From NCBI GenBank assembly GCA_021825445.1, contig JAKAHA010000005.1, forward strand, positions 21,316 to 85,315: a DNA stretch of 64,000 nt, given 5' to 3'. The notes below the pieces were generated by a model. The model ran no database searches. It was given only the letters and a program-made list of their open reading frames with translations, and was not told the DNA's origin. Source of the stretch: a bacterium (lineage in GTDB: Bacteria > Patescibacteriota > Microgenomatia > UBA1406 > GWC2-37-13). Each line of letters starts with the position of its first letter. Within the stretch, counting starts at the first letter, position 1. This document shows, piece by piece, positions 17,697-27,902 of this stretch. The position numbers and the translations under genes were made by a program.

Positions 17697-19475
17697 ATGT
17701 ACTTGATGGAAAACCAGATAGAAGAAATTAAAAGTAAAGTTGATATAGTCGAGTTTATTGGCGGATTTGTCACTTTAAAAAAAGCAGGAAGAAACTTCAA
17801 AGCCGTTTGTCCATTCCACCAAGAAAAAAGTCCCTCATTTGTTATTTCCCCCGATCGAGGAATTTGGCATTGTTTTGGTGCCTGTGGAGAGGGAGGAGAT
17901 GTAATTAAATTTTTAATGAAATGGGAAAATATCACTTTTATAGAGGCTCTAAAAGAGTTAGCTAAAAAAACAGGAGTTAAATTAACTCTCAATAAGATTA
18001 GTTTTGAAGATAAGACTTGGGAGAAAAAAGAAAAATATCTTGGAATGAACCAATTAGCGAGTGAATTTTTTCAATATATCCTAAACAAAACTGATTTTGG
18101 AAAAAAAGCCAGTGAATATTTAAAATCAAGACTTCTAAATAAGGCAATTATTGATAAATTTGGACTTGGTTATTCACCATCTTCCTGGGATTCCTTAAAA
18201 TTATTTTTGAAAAAAAAGAAATACGAAGAAGAGGAAATGTTTGAAAATGGCCTGATAGTCAAAAGCGAGAGAGGTACCTATTATGACCGATTTCGAGGTC
18301 GTCTGATGTTTCCACTTTCAGATAGTCGAAATAACGTTCTTGGTTTTTCAGGAAGGATACTTGAGGGGAGTGAGAAGGAGGCAAAATACGTCAATACTCC
18401 AGAAACCCCAATTTATCATAAACGAGAATGCCTTTTTGGAATTAATTTAGCTCTTGAAGAAATCAAAAAACAAAAGAATGTTTATATCGTTGAGGGCGAA
18501 CTTGATATGATCACCCCATATCAACACGGATACTCAAACTTTGTTGCCATCAAAGGAACAGCTCTCACCAACGAACAGTTAAAACTTCTAAAACGTTACA
18601 CTGACAAAATTACTCTGATGATGGACGCAGATGTTGCCGGTATTGAGTCAATAAAGAGAGGAATCGATGAGGCAGAAAAGTATGATTTTGAAATAAGAGT
18701 TGTCACGATTGATTATGCTAAAGATCCTGATGAAGCAATAAATAAAGACCCCGAAAAATTTAAAAAATTAATTACAAAGCCAATTCCAATTTACGATTTT
18801 TTGATAGACGTGGCTCAAAAAAAATATCCAGAAGATACGGCTTTTGCCAAAAAAAAGATTGGTGAAGAATTGATTCCGATGATTGAGAAAATCAACAATC
18901 CAATTGTTCGGACTTTTTATATTAAGAAAATAGCTGAAATTCTTGAAGTTTCCGAAAATACCGTTGAAAATTTAATCGGTCAATTAAAAAGAAAAAAGTT
19001 TCAACAGTCGCTAAATAAAATTAAATACAATAAGCCTATCGAAGATAATCGAGAATTAATGATTGATAAATATGTATTAAGTATCATGTTTCAAAGTAGC
19101 GATCCAAACAAGATTTATCACAATATCATAGAAATATTAAAACCTGAATATTTTTTAAATCCTTCATATCAAAAGATTGGTCGGTTATTTTTTGAAGAAA
19201 TTCAAAAGCAAGAAAAGATTAATATTAATATCTTTGGTAAAAAATTACCAGATGAACTTCGACCTATATTTGATGAGATATATCTTTATGCCTCGGCAGA
19301 TCATACTCTTGCAAATGAAAGTCTGGATAGATTGGCTTTTGAAATAAAAAAACATTATTTTAAGCGAGAAATTAAAAAGATTTTATCTGAAGAAGAGACT
19401 GAAGATAAGAAAAAACAATTAGTTGAGATCTCTAAAAATTTAAAAGAGGTAGAAAAAACACTTATTTCTTTATAG
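17697..19475 (+). CDS. dnaG: DNA primase
   Basis: Zinc-ribbon CPFHQEKSPSF..HCFGCGEGGD, TOPRIM segment VYIVEGELDMIT...MMDADVAG. Followed by rpoD in classic synteny. An alternative start is at 17706 (MENQ). Confidence 0.93.
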   Translation: MYLMENQIEEIKSKVDIVEFIGGFVTLKKAGRNFKAVCPFHQEKSPSFVISPDRGIWHCFGACGEGGDVIKFLMKWENITFIEALKELAKKTGVKLTLNKISFEDKTWEKKEKYLGMNQLASEFFQYILNKTDFGKKASEYLKSRLLNKAIIDKFGLGYSPSSWDSLKLFLKKKKYEEEEMFENGLIVKSERGTYYDRFRGRLMFPLSDSRNNVLGFSGRILEGSEKEAKYVNTPETPIYHKRECLFGINLALEEIKKQKNVYIVEGELDMITPYQHGYSNFVAIKGTALTNEQLKLLKRYTDKITLMMDADVAGIESIKRGIDEAEKYDFEIRVVTIDYAKDPDEAINKDPEKFKKLITKPIPIYDFLIDVAQKKYPEDTAFAKKKIGEELIPMIEKINNPIVRTFYIKKIAEILEVSENTVENLIGQLKRKKFQQSLNKIKYNKPIEDNRELMIDKYVLSIMFQSSDPNKIYHNIIEILKPEYFLNPSYQKIGRLFFEEIQKQEKININIFGKKLPDELRPIFDEIYLYASADHTLANESLDRLAFEIKKHYFKREIKKILSEEETEDKKKQLVEISKNLKEVEKTLISL

Positions 19476-19488
19476 AATATAGTACCTT

Positions 19489-20580
19489 ATGTTAAAACAC
19501 CACCTGCCTCGATCGCTTAAAGAATTAATTGGACAAGGAGAAGAAGACGGTTTTTTGGTCCAAGACGATATTTTACTTGTTCTTCCGAATCCTGAAAAAC
19601 ACATCAAAGACATCGATAGTTTTTTTGATGAAGCTTTGAAAAAGGGTATTGATATATTTGAGACAATCTCAACTCGTGAAGAAAGTGAATCGCAAAAGAC
19701 AGTTGAGGAAATTGAAAAAGAGCTTGAGCACCTGGTAGTTTTAAAGCACGGAGAATCACTTGATCCAATAAAGATGTATTTGAAAGAAATAGGAAAAACA
19801 CCACTTCTTAAATTTGCTGATGAAATTGATTTAGCCAAAAAATATGAAAAAGGTGATAAAGAGGCAAAAGATAAGCTAACAAAAGCTAATCTTCGACTCG
19901 TAGTTTCAATTGCTAAAAAATATTTAGGTCGTCGACTATCTTTCTTAGATTTAATTCAAGAGGGTAACAAGGGTTTAATTCGTGGAGTTGAAAAATATGA
20001 TTGGAGACGTGGGTATAAATTTTCAACCTATGCTACTTGGTGGATAAGACAGGCAATCACAAGAGCAATTGCCGATCAGTCTCGTACAATCAGAATTCCT
20101 GTTCATATGGTTGATCATATCAACCGTTTTTATAAAACTCAAAGAAGATTAACTCAAAAATTAGGACGAGAGCCACTAGTTAAAGAGACTGCCAAGGAAA
20201 TGGAGATGACTGTTCCCGAAATTGAAAATTTAATGAAAATTTCCCAGCAACCAAGATCACTGTCTACTCCAGTAGGCGACGATAAAGAAGCAACGCTTGA
20301 ACAATTTGTTGCCGATACTAATCAGCCGTCGCTTTACGATAAAGTGTCACGAGAATTATTGAAAGATGCATTGAATAAAGTTTTAGAAACTTTATCACCA
20401 AGAGAAAAAAAAGTGTTAATGATGCGATTTGGACTTGAAGACGGAAAACCAAAGACACTCGAGGAAGTTGGGAAAGAGTTTAAAGTAACACGAGAAAGAA
20501 TTCGTCAGATTGAAGCCAAGGCTATCCGCAAACTTAAACATCCAACAAGGGCTCGCAAATTAAAAGATTTTCTGGAATAA
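19489..20580 (+). CDS. rpoD: RNA polymerase primary sigma factor (sigma-70 family)
   Basis: Region 2 [28 protein letters not shown] and region 4.2 [30 protein letters not shown]. Confidence 0.95.
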   Translation: MLKHHLPRSLKELIGQGEEDGFLVQDDILLVLPNPEKHIKDIDSFFDEALKKGIDIFETISTREESESQKTVEEIEKELEHLVVLKHGESLDPIKMYLKEIGKTPLLKFADEIDLAKKYEKGDKEAKDKLTKANLRLVVSIAKKYLGRRLSFLDLIQEGNKGLIRGVEKYDWRRGYKFSTYATWWIRQAITRAIADQSRTIRIPVHMVDHINRFYKTQRRLTQKLGREPLVKETAKEMEMTVPEIENLMKISQQPRSLSTPVGDDKEATLEQFVADTNQPSLYDKVSRELLKDALNKVLETLSPREKKVLMMRFGLEDGKPKTLEEVGKEFKVTRERIRQIEAKAIRKLKHPTRARKLKDFLE

Positions 20581-20587
20581 TATCTTT

Positions 20588-21256
20588 ATGAAAGATAATA
20601 AGGTGACCCCGACTCAAAAGGCTTTAAATCTTTGGGCGGTGATCCTCATTGTTTGGAGTATCTACAGAACTTATTTAAAACTTCCTGAATGGTTTGATGA
20701 ATTTATTGCCAAGCCTTTAGTTTTTGTTCTTCCTATATTTTATTACGTTAAAAAAGTCGAAAAAAAAGAAATTTTTTCAGCTTTGTTTATTAATCGTAAT
20801 TTTAAAAGTTTTATTAAGGAATTTTTTATTAGTTTCGGGGTTGGGATTATTCTTCTATTAACGGCATTGTTTTCCGTGTATCTAAGATCTAATAAAATTA
20901 GTTTGTTTACCAATTTTCCAAACATTAGTCAATTTGGGCTAATTATTTTTACTGCACTGGCTACAGGAATAACTGAAGAAATTTTATCAAGGGGATTTGT
21001 ATTAAAGAGACTTTATGAAGAATCAAAAAACGCCTATACGTCATCTTTTTTCGCCAGTATCTTATTCTTTTTTCTCCATGTTCCTATTCTTTTTGTAAAC
21101 AATAGAATTAACGGACAGATGTTGCTTATGTTTATGGTTATGGATTTATTTTTAAGTATGGTTAATGGTTTAATAATGATTCAAAGAAAAAGCCTAACTG
21201 TTCCGATTTTGATTCATGCTTTTTATAACGTAGTTGTTGCACTTTCTTTTATATAA
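20588..21256 (+). CDS. CPBP-family (CAAX-like) intramembrane metalloprotease
   Basis: Motifs TEEILSRGF, FFLHV and HAFYN in a polytopic membrane protein. Confidence 0.8.
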   Translation: MKDNKVTPTQKALNLWAVILIVWSIYRTYLKLPEWFDEFIAKPLVFVLPIFYYVKKVEKKEIFSALFINRNFKSFIKEFFISFGVGIILLLTALFSVYLRSNKISLFTNFPNISQFGLIIFTALATGITEEILSRGFVLKRLYEESKNAYTSSFFASILFFFLHVPILFVNNRINGQMLLMFMVMDLFLSMVNGLIMIQRKSLTVPILIHAFYNVVVALSFI

Positions 21257-22815
21257 AAAATAGTTTCCGTCCCAACTTTAATTTCTTTGGAATTGGTTTT
21301 TTCTACTTCTGAAAAATCGTCAGGAAAACCGATGACGGCAGAATTTTTGATATTCTTATCGTTGGGCAGATTAAAAATAAACTTATCAAAATTTTCAACC
21401 TGTCCAAATCCATATTCATCAGGAGGCGATAATTTTGCAAATTTTTGATAGGTTTCTGGAGGATAGTTCAGATAAAAAAGTAGAAAAATATAAGGTTGTC
21501 CATTTTTTTTGGTGATGTAAAATTTATCATAATTATTATAATTAGTTTTGATATAATCAGCTAATTCCTTATATCCCGCTTGCCAACTTCGAAGAACAAT
21601 TGCCCGTTTTGGGTAGTGATTAAAGTAAAAATCCAAAGAGTAGAAAGAAAGTATCAAGTAGCAAGTAGTAAGTATTAAGTATGGAAAAACGCCTTTTTTG
21701 TTGAGAAGATTTACAAGACCGTAGGCGGAAATCATAAAAATTGGAATAAAAATAAAAGTCGATCGAGTCAAAGAAGTGCCTGCCCAACTTAGAGAACCGC
21801 TAATAGGAGAAAATAAAAAAATAGATAAAACAAAAAGTCTCCATTTTTCCTTATTGTGAAAAAGATAGTAAAGTCCAATAAAAATAAATAGATATTCAAG
21901 TAGGGTAATAGGCGAAATCCCAGGAGATCCAAATCGTGGATTTTCATCACCAGCAATGACTAAGAACTCTGGTGAAAAATACTTTATGTAGTTAAAACCC
22001 AAATCCTTAATTCCAATTGTTAGCTTGTTGTAAAATAAATATTTTCCTCCTTCTCCTCGCAATTCGTTGATTTTCAGGGAAAAACCTATATTGTTAAAAA
22101 AAAGTAAATTTTGGACACGTGTAGGTTTATACATCAAATCAGTAATTCCAAAAAGAAAAACTGTAAAAATAAAAATTAAAAGAAACCATTTCGGAAGACT
22201 TTTTTTGAATACAAAATATAAAAGTAAAAGAAAATAAAAACCAGCCCAAAGACGAGAAAAATGATATCCAAAAAGAGAGATAAAAAAACAAAGATTAAAG
22301 ATAAAAAAATTTGATAAATTTTGTTTTTTGTAAAAATGTAAAAATAAATAAAAAGATAAGGTTAGAAAAAAAACCGTCATATATCCTTCATGAGCTTGAC
22401 GTCCAAGAAGTTGCAATCCCGGGGCAAGTGCAGAAAGAAACGAAGCCAATAGAGAGACGTTTTTTTTATTAAATAACTCCTGGGTAAGCAAAAAAACAAT
22501 TAATGGGAAGAGGAGTACAAATGGGAAGTTGACCATTCTGATTCCTATTTCAGTCAGTCCAAATGCTCGAATGAAAGGAATAGACAAATATGTCAAAAGA
22601 GGCAGCTTGTAATCGCCAAATGATTTAAAACGAAGTGGCATAAAAGCACCGTATTGATCATGAGCAGTTTTTAAAATCGAATAAGCGTCATACGCGTTAG
22701 TCGCCTCATCGGCATTTAGTGCAGGAGGAGAGACATTCATTTTATAAAAAAATAGAGTGATGGAGAGGAGGGAAATTATTATTAGTAAAATTAGCGTTAG
22801 GTATTTTTTTATCAT
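21223..22815 (-). CDS. GT-C fold glycosyltransferase (ArnT/PMT, GT39/83-like)
   Basis: 530 aa, more than 10 TM helices, first-loop acidic motif LNADEATNAYDAYS, C-terminal soluble domain. Confidence 0.75.
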   Translation of the reverse strand: MIKKYLTLILLIIISLLSITLFFYKMNVSPPALNADEATNAYDAYSILKTAHDQYGAFMPLRFKSFGDYKLPLLTYLSIPFIRAFGLTEIGIRMVNFPFVLLFPLIVFLLTQELFNKKNVSLLASFLSALAPGLQLLGRQAHEGYMTVFFLTLSFYLFLHFYKKQNLSNFFIFNLCFFISLFGYHFSRLWAGFYFLLLLYFVFKKSLPKWFLLIFIFTVFLFGITDLMYKPTRVQNLLFFNNIGFSLKINELRGEGGKYLFYNKLTIGIKDLGFNYIKYFSPEFLVIAGDENPRFGSPGISPITLLEYLFIFIGLYYLFHNKEKWRLFVLSIFLFSPISGSLSWAGTSLTRSTFIFIPIFMISAYGLVNLLNKKGVFPYLILTTCYLILSFYSLDFYFNHYPKRAIVLRSWQAGYKELADYIKTNYNNYDKFYITKKNGQPYIFLLFYLNYPPETYQKFAKLSPPDEYGFGQVENFDKFIFNLPNDKNIKNSAVIGFPDDFSEVEKTNSKEIKVGTETIFYIKESATTTL

Positions 22816-22823
22816 ACGAACAT

Positions 22824-22888
22824 GTCATTCCCGTGAAAACGGGAATCTATAAAATCGAACACTGGATCCCTTTCTTCAAGGGGATGAC
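22824..22888. repeat. Pair of inverted family-1 GC-rich hairpin units (MITE-like)
   Basis: Forward unit gtcATTCCCGTgaaaACGGGAATc (22824-22847). Inverted unit ctggATCCCTTTcttcAAGGGGATgac (22862-22888). The same unit recurs at 43426-43452. Confidence 0.75.
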
Positions 22889-22899
22889 AATCAACACTT

Positions 22900-23808
22900 T
22901 TAACTTTTGAATTGGTTTAATATTTCCTTGTCAGTTTTTTTAAACAATTTTACTGTTTTTTTTCTTGATGTCAAAATTTTTGGTAATTTTACAAGTGCGT
23001 CAAAAAACCCGGGAATAAAAATAAATTTTGGGATATTAACAATGTGTTTGATAATCAAATCTTTATCGGTCAAATTTTTCCAGTGAAAGAATAGTTGATT
23101 TCGGAAAGCAGTCCGTAATATTTTAGATTTGTCAAAATATTTTCCAATCGTTGATTCATGATGATGTTCGACTTTAACGTTGGGGTCGTACATTATTTTA
23201 TATCCTGCTTTCCATGCGCGATATGAAAGATCAATATCTTCCCAGTAAAAAGGATTAAAAAGCTCATCAAGCATCCCAAGAAAAATAAACAAATCTTTTC
23301 GGAAAAGGGAAGAGCCGCCTTCTGCCCAAAAAATAGGAATCCCGCCTTCGTTAAGACTACGGCGAGGCGAAGTAGGGAGTAGGGAAGAATGGTTAATTAA
23401 GCCATTTTCAAAATATCCTTTGTTTGCTCCGACGATTTTTCCGTCTTTTTCAATTTGTGCAAAACCAACGGCAAACAAATTTTTATCCTTTTTAAAATAT
23501 TCCAAAGCTCTTAAATAAGAATTGTCTCTTAAAACTACATCAGAGTTTAAAAGAAAAACAAAATCTCTCGTCGACCTTAAAACACCACTATTGACATTGC
23601 CGGCAAAACCAAGATTTATTTTGTTATTAACAACAGCTATATTAGGGTATATTTTTTTTGTTTTTTTGGTTATGTTTTCCCCAGGATAGTCATTCATTAC
23701 AATTACTTCGCAGCCAGAAAAATATTTTTTGTTAATTTCTAAAAACTTAAAAAACATTTCATAATTCTTATAGACGGGAATAATGATGGAAATAGGATAT
23801 GTTTTCAT
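22900..23808 (-). CDS. Family 2 glycosyltransferase
   Basis: ISIIIPVYKNYEMF...VIVMNDYPGE...LNSDV pattern (GT-A fold with DxD-like motif). Confidence 0.85.
   Translation of the reverse strand: MKTYPISIIIPVYKNYEMFFKFLEINKKYFSGCEVIVMNDYPGENITKKTKKIYPNIAVVNNKINLGFAGNVNSGVLRSTRDFVFLLNSDVVLRDNSYLRALEYFKKDKNLFAVGFAQIEKDGKIVGANKGYFENGLINHSSLLPTSPRRSLNEGGIPIFWAEGGSSLFRKDLFIFLGMLDELFNPFYWEDIDLSYRAWKAGYKIMYDPNVKVEHHHESTIGKYFDKSKILRTAFRNQLFFHWKNLTDKDLIIKHIVNIPKFIFIPGFFDALVKLPKILTSRKKTVKLFKKTDKEILNQFKS
23341..23378. repeat. GC-rich hairpin element, family 3, copy C (inside the GT2 ORF)
   Basis: Sequence cccgccttcgttaagactacggcgaggcgaagtaggga, encoding PTSPRRSLNEGG within the enzyme. Confidence 0.7.
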
Positions 23809-24878
23809 AACAATTTTTTTATTTTTTCTTTAAACACTTCGTAACTAAAATTTTCTTTTACAAACTGTTTACCGTTTTTAATAATTTTTTCTTTTAATAA
23901 TTTATCAGAATTAACTTCAATCATTTTATCAATTAATTCATTGCTGTCAGAAAATAAAAATCCATTATCGTTATTTTCTATCATTTCTTTTGGTCCTCCG
24001 GCTTTATAACAAAACGTCAGACAACCGGATGCCATTGCCTCAAGCGGAGTAATCCCGAAGTGTTCAACTTGCTCTGGATTCTTTTCTTCATCGACTCCCA
24101 GTCCTGTAAAATGCCAGTAGAAAGTTGAAAGTCCGTAAAGTCTATAAAGTTCGTAAAGTGATATATTTGGTTTAAAAATAATAGATGAGTCATTATCTGC
24201 AAGTTTTTTTAAACTCTCAAAGTATTCCTGGTCTTCCTTCATTAGTCCTCCTGCCAATACTAACTTGTAATCTATAAATTCTTTTGACTTCTTTTTTAAA
24301 TCTTTGAATGTTTTAATCATCAGATCCTGTTTTTTACTATGAAGATGAGAAAAAAATCGACCGACCGAAAGAATAATTTTTTCCTTTTTTTCAAAATTTA
24401 TACTTTGATTAATCAGTTTACTATCTAAATACGGCATGATTACTTCTGATTTTGTTCCAAATTTACTAAGCCATTTTTGAGTAAAGACAGAGTGGGTAAT
24501 AAACTGATAATTAATTAATTTAAGTCGATTGATGAGGTTTTTTGAATAAAGTTTTTTATCGGGAATCATCGCATATATAAAATTTTTTTTAGCTCCGGAA
24601 AAAAAATAACTACCATCGGTAACATAAAAAAAATAGTCGAAAGTCTGTAAACCTTTTAAAGTCTTTAAAGGTAGAAACTTCAATCGTTTAATCGATTGAA
24701 GTGAAAAACGATTTTTGATTTCCTGCGTCAAATTTTTATTCCAAATAATATTTATCTCGTATCCAAGTTCGGCGAAGACGTCCATGATAGAAAGAATATA
24801 TTTTTCTCCACCACCCAAAGTATCCAAAAACGGGTCGTACATACCAACCTTAATTTTTTTTATTTCTTGATTTTTCAT
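23805..24878 (-). CDS. Family 4 (GT-B) glycosyltransferase
   Basis: C-terminal EHFGITPLEAMASGC (E-x7-E-type motif). The start is taken at MKNQEIKKIKVGMYDP; the track ORF extends to 24938. Confidence 0.85.
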   Translation of the reverse strand: MKNQEIKKIKVGMYDPFLDTLGGGEKYILSIMDVFAELGYEINIIWNKNLTQEIKNRFSLQSIKRLKFLPLKTLKGLQTFDYFFYVTDGSYFFSGAKKNFIYAMIPDKKLYSKNLINRLKLINYQFITHSVFTQKWLSKFGTKSEVIMPYLDSKLINQSINFEKKEKIILSVGRFFSHLHSKKQDLMIKTFKDLKKKSKEFIDYKLVLAGGLMKEDQEYFESLKKLADNDSSIIFKPNISLYELYRLYGLSTFYWHFTGLGVDEEKNPEQVEHFGITPLEAMASGCLTFCYKAGGPKEMIENNDNGFLFSDSNELIDKMIEVNSDKLLKEKIIKNGKQFVKENFSYEVFKEKIKKLL

Positions 24879-25668
24879 ATAAAAATAAATATGTAATAGT
24901 CTTCGAAAAAGCTTGATAAATTGATTCAATGATCCCAAATGTTCCGTCTAAAAAACCTAAATTTTTTATTAATCTTCGATAAAGTTCAGCTAAAAATTTT
25001 CTGAAAAAAGTTTTAGTTGTGGTTTTTTTGCCAGCTTTGTAAAGTAACTCCGATTCAATATCTTCAAAGATAACAGTTTTATTTACCATATTACTTAAAT
25101 CTCCGTGAAAATAATGAATAAGTGGGTTACTCAAAAGTCCAAAGTTCCCTTTTATAACTGGTGTCGAATGGATTCGTTTTGGCCAGTTAACAAATGATTT
25201 TTTATTAATTAGTCGGATTTGATAATCGGGAGACCAACCGCCATGTTTTAACCACTTAACACCTGCAAATATGTTGTGACGAGGGATTTTAAAATGAGTT
25301 AAATTAGTTAAATTGGTTAAATCAGTTGAATTGGTGACTGATTCAACTGACTCCGACTGATTCAACTGACTCCGACTGATTATTGATTTTATTTCTTTCG
25401 CGAGTTCTTTGGTAATCCTTTCATCCGCGTCGAGTATCATGACCCAATCTGTTTTTGCCTGCTTGATTCCAAATTCGCGGGCTGGTTCGACGTAATTTGA
25501 TTTAGGAAAATCATAAACAGTCGCTTTTAAATTTTTAGCTATTTCTACAGTTTTGTCCGTACTTTCCATATCAATTAGGATTATTTTATCAGTCAGTAAT
25601 TTTGCGGAGTTAATACAGTCGGAAATATTTTTCTCCTCGTTATGTGTATGAATAATTATAGTCATCAT
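24850..25668 (-). CDS. Family 2 glycosyltransferase carrying an internal tandem-repeat insertion
   Basis: MMTIIIHTHNEEKNI...ILIDMESTDKT...ILDADE (GT-A signature). A low-complexity insert SQLNQSESVESVTNSTDLTNLTNLT is present. Confidence 0.8.
   Translation of the reverse strand: MMTIIIHTHNEEKNISDCINSAKLLTDKIILIDMESTDKTVEIAKNLKATVYDFPKSNYVEPAREFGIKQAKTDWVMILDADERITKELAKEIKSIISRSQLNQSESVESVTNSTDLTNLTNLTHFKIPRHNIFAGVKWLKHGGWSPDYQIRLINKKSFVNWPKRIHSTPVIKGNFGLLSNPLIHYFHGDLSNMVNKTVIFEDIESELLYKAGKKTTTKTFFRKFLAELYRRLIKNLGFLDGTFGIIESIYQAFSKTITYLFLYEKSRNKKN
25298..25381. repeat. Composite tandem repeat: 9-nt units x4 followed by 19-nt unit x2.2
   Basis: gttaaatta gttaaattg gttaaatca gttgaattg, then gattcaactgactccgact at 25340-25358 and 25359-25377, plus a partial gatt. 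Confidence 0.8.
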
Positions 25669-27089
25669 AATATATGGAAAATAGTTTCTTCACCAACTTT
25701 AATAATTTCATATTTAGTCTGCAAATAATCAATTAAAAACTTATCCATATCTTCATTTTTACCAACCACCCATTTAATCTCCTTTAAATTAATTCTTTTT
25801 TTTAGTGATTGTCGACTTATAAACAATTGACTATCTTTTGCACCTTCGTAAGATGAAATTACTTTACGATCAGAATAATAAACGGTTGTTGGGTAGAGAT
25901 GATCAAGTCTAACAATAATGTCGTTATTATTTGTTAGTTTATCTAACTTAATACTGATCGACTTTAGTGATTCTGGACCGCTTGTGTCTATGACAGACAT
26001 TATATTAATATTTAAGGTTTTATATGAAATATAAATTGAGATAATTAAAAATACTCCAATCAAGATAGATCCATATTTAAATTTTTTTAACAAATTAAAA
26101 ATAGAAAAAGTGGCGAGAGCTATAAGCATCGACCAAAACGCCATTGATGGCAATAGATACCAATTATTATTTTTGGCAGTAAAACTTAATTGAATAATAA
26201 GACCACAAGCAAATAAAATTTGAAGCAAATACTTTTTGTCTTTTAATTTTGTCAAAGCTATGGTTATTCCTAACAAAAATAACCAAAAAAATCTTCGTTG
26301 AAGTGAATAATAGGCATAACCTAAGTAATCCCATTTAAAATGAGCTATAGATATATTTGAAACACCTTGATCGCCGTGAAATAAAAAATATTGATAAAAG
26401 CTTGGTCCAATTTTAGATGTTCCGATATAAAGCCATACTCCGATTGTAATTGCAAACGCCAAAAGTAATTTTATATAACCTGGAATATTTAAATATAATT
26501 TTTTTCGTTCATAAATAATTTCGACTAACACAAAAACCAAAAACGGAAAAATAGCAACTGTAAGTTTTGTCAAATATATTAATCCTAAAAATATTCCTAT
26601 AAAAACATACTTATATTTTTTATTACTTACTACAAGAAAATATAACAACAAAAAAAATAAGCTAAGTAATGAATCGAGATTACCACTGCGGGCTCGATAT
26701 ATAAATACATTATTGAACACTAGAGTGCTAAAACTAATGAGTGCAGGGACTAAGCCAAAATTTCTATACGAATATATCAAAACAAGAATAATGGTCAAAA
26801 AACCACTTATAGCCGAAGTAAATCTAAAGGAAAATTCTGTTAAACCCATAAACTTTGATGCAATCGTGCTAAGCCACATATAAAGAGGTGGCTTGTCAAG
26901 AAAAACAGCATGGTTCCAATATAAAACAAAAAAATCCTTGTTTTTTATCATATTTCTAGTAACATCTGCATACCAGGCTTCATCCCAATTATCTAAGGCG
27001 GCTACACCAAGTTTATAAAAACAAATATATAAAGCGAAAAAACCTGTGATTATAAAAATTAGGTAAGTGATAAATTTTTTTAAGGTCAT
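25665..27089 (-). CDS. GT-C fold glycosyltransferase (ArnT/PMT-like)
   Basis: ALDNWDEAWYADVTRNM and LDKPPLYMWL motifs, many TM helices. The start is taken at MTLKKF; the track ORF extends to 27107. Confidence 0.8.
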   Translation of the reverse strand: MTLKKFITYLIFIITGFFALYICFYKLGVAALDNWDEAWYADVTRNMIKNKDFFVLYWNHAVFLDKPPLYMWLSTIASKFMGLTEFSFRFTSAISGFLTIILVLIYSYRNFGLVPALISFSTLVFNNVFIYRARSGNLDSLLSLFFLLLYFLVVSNKKYKYVFIGIFLGLIYLTKLTVAIFPFLVFVLVEIIYERKKLYLNIPGYIKLLLAFAITIGVWLYIGTSKIGPSFYQYFLFHGDQGVSNISIAHFKWDYLGYAYYSLQRRFFWLFLLGITIALTKLKDKKYLLQILFACGLIIQLSFTAKNNNWYLLPSMAFWSMLIALATFSIFNLLKKFKYGSILIGVFLIISIYISYKTLNINIMSVIDTSGPESLKSISIKLDKLTNNNDIIVRLDHLYPTTVYYSDRKVISSYEGAKDSQLFISRQSLKKRINLKEIKWVVGKNEDMDKFLIDYLQTKYEIIKVGEETIFHIL

Positions 27090-27090
27090 A

Positions 27091-27900
27091 TTATTTATTA
27101 AATACAATTTCTTTTATCAGGTGAAGTTTAGTTCTAAAGGGAGCGTATTTTAGACCAAAAATCAATCTATTTTTCTTCTGATATTTCTGGTGTAGTAGAG
27201 AACCTGAGCCACCGGTTGACTGAGCATTTTTATGCCAGATAATAACTTTCGGGTTATAAAATAATTTAAATCCTGCATTTTTTGCTCTTTCACAAAAATC
27301 AGAATCTTCAAAATACAAAAAATATTTTTCATCCCAAAACCCAACTTTACTAACAACTTTTTTATTAAAAAATAACATACATCCTGTGATAAAATCAGTC
27401 TCTTCGAATTTATTAAACTGTTTATTATCTACTTCATCAACTCCTCGATGAGCCGTGTAAACGTTTCTCCAATCATTAATCCCTCCTGCATACCATAGTA
27501 TTTTGCCAATATCTTTTTTTTGGTATTTATCGTGATATTCATATCCTGGAGCATAATATATTTTTCCTCCAAAGATATCAGCTTTTTCAAATCCACGATG
27601 AGCTTCTGATGAGAAATTCCTGTCAAAAAAAATATCATTATTAATTGCACAAAATTTATCCAAGCCCTGATTAATGAAATATTTTGTTCCCTCATTAATT
27701 CCAAAAGCGTATCCTTTATTTGGAAGTGGTTTGATGACTACCTTCATTGGGTATTTCTCTGTTTTAAAAACTTCTTTGCTTGTCGAAACGTCAGCGATAA
27801 ACACCGATAAATCCTTAGCATTATTAACGGTTGCGAGTGAGTCGAGAAATTCCCGGGTTAGCTTATATTGGTTATAATTTACAGTAGTTAGACCTATCAT
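27091..27900 (-). CDS. Family 2 glycosyltransferase
   Basis: GT-A like pattern: MIGLTTVNYNQYKLT..., INNDIFF, YFEDSDFCERAKNAGFKL. Confidence 0.8.
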   Translation of the reverse strand: MIGLTTVNYNQYKLTREFLDSLATVNNAKDLSVFIADVSTSKEVFKTEKYPMKVVIKPLPNKGYAFGINEGTKYFINQGLDKFCAINNDIFFDRNFSSEAHRGFEKADIFGGKIYYAPGYEYHDKYQKKDIGKILWYAGGINDWRNVYTAHRGVDEVDNKQFNKFEETDFITGCMLFFNKKVVSKVGFWDEKYFLYFEDSDFCERAKNAGFKLFYNPKVIIWHKNAQSTGGSGSLLHQKYQKKNRLIFGLKYAPFRTKLHLIKEIVFNK

Positions 27901-27902
27901 TT

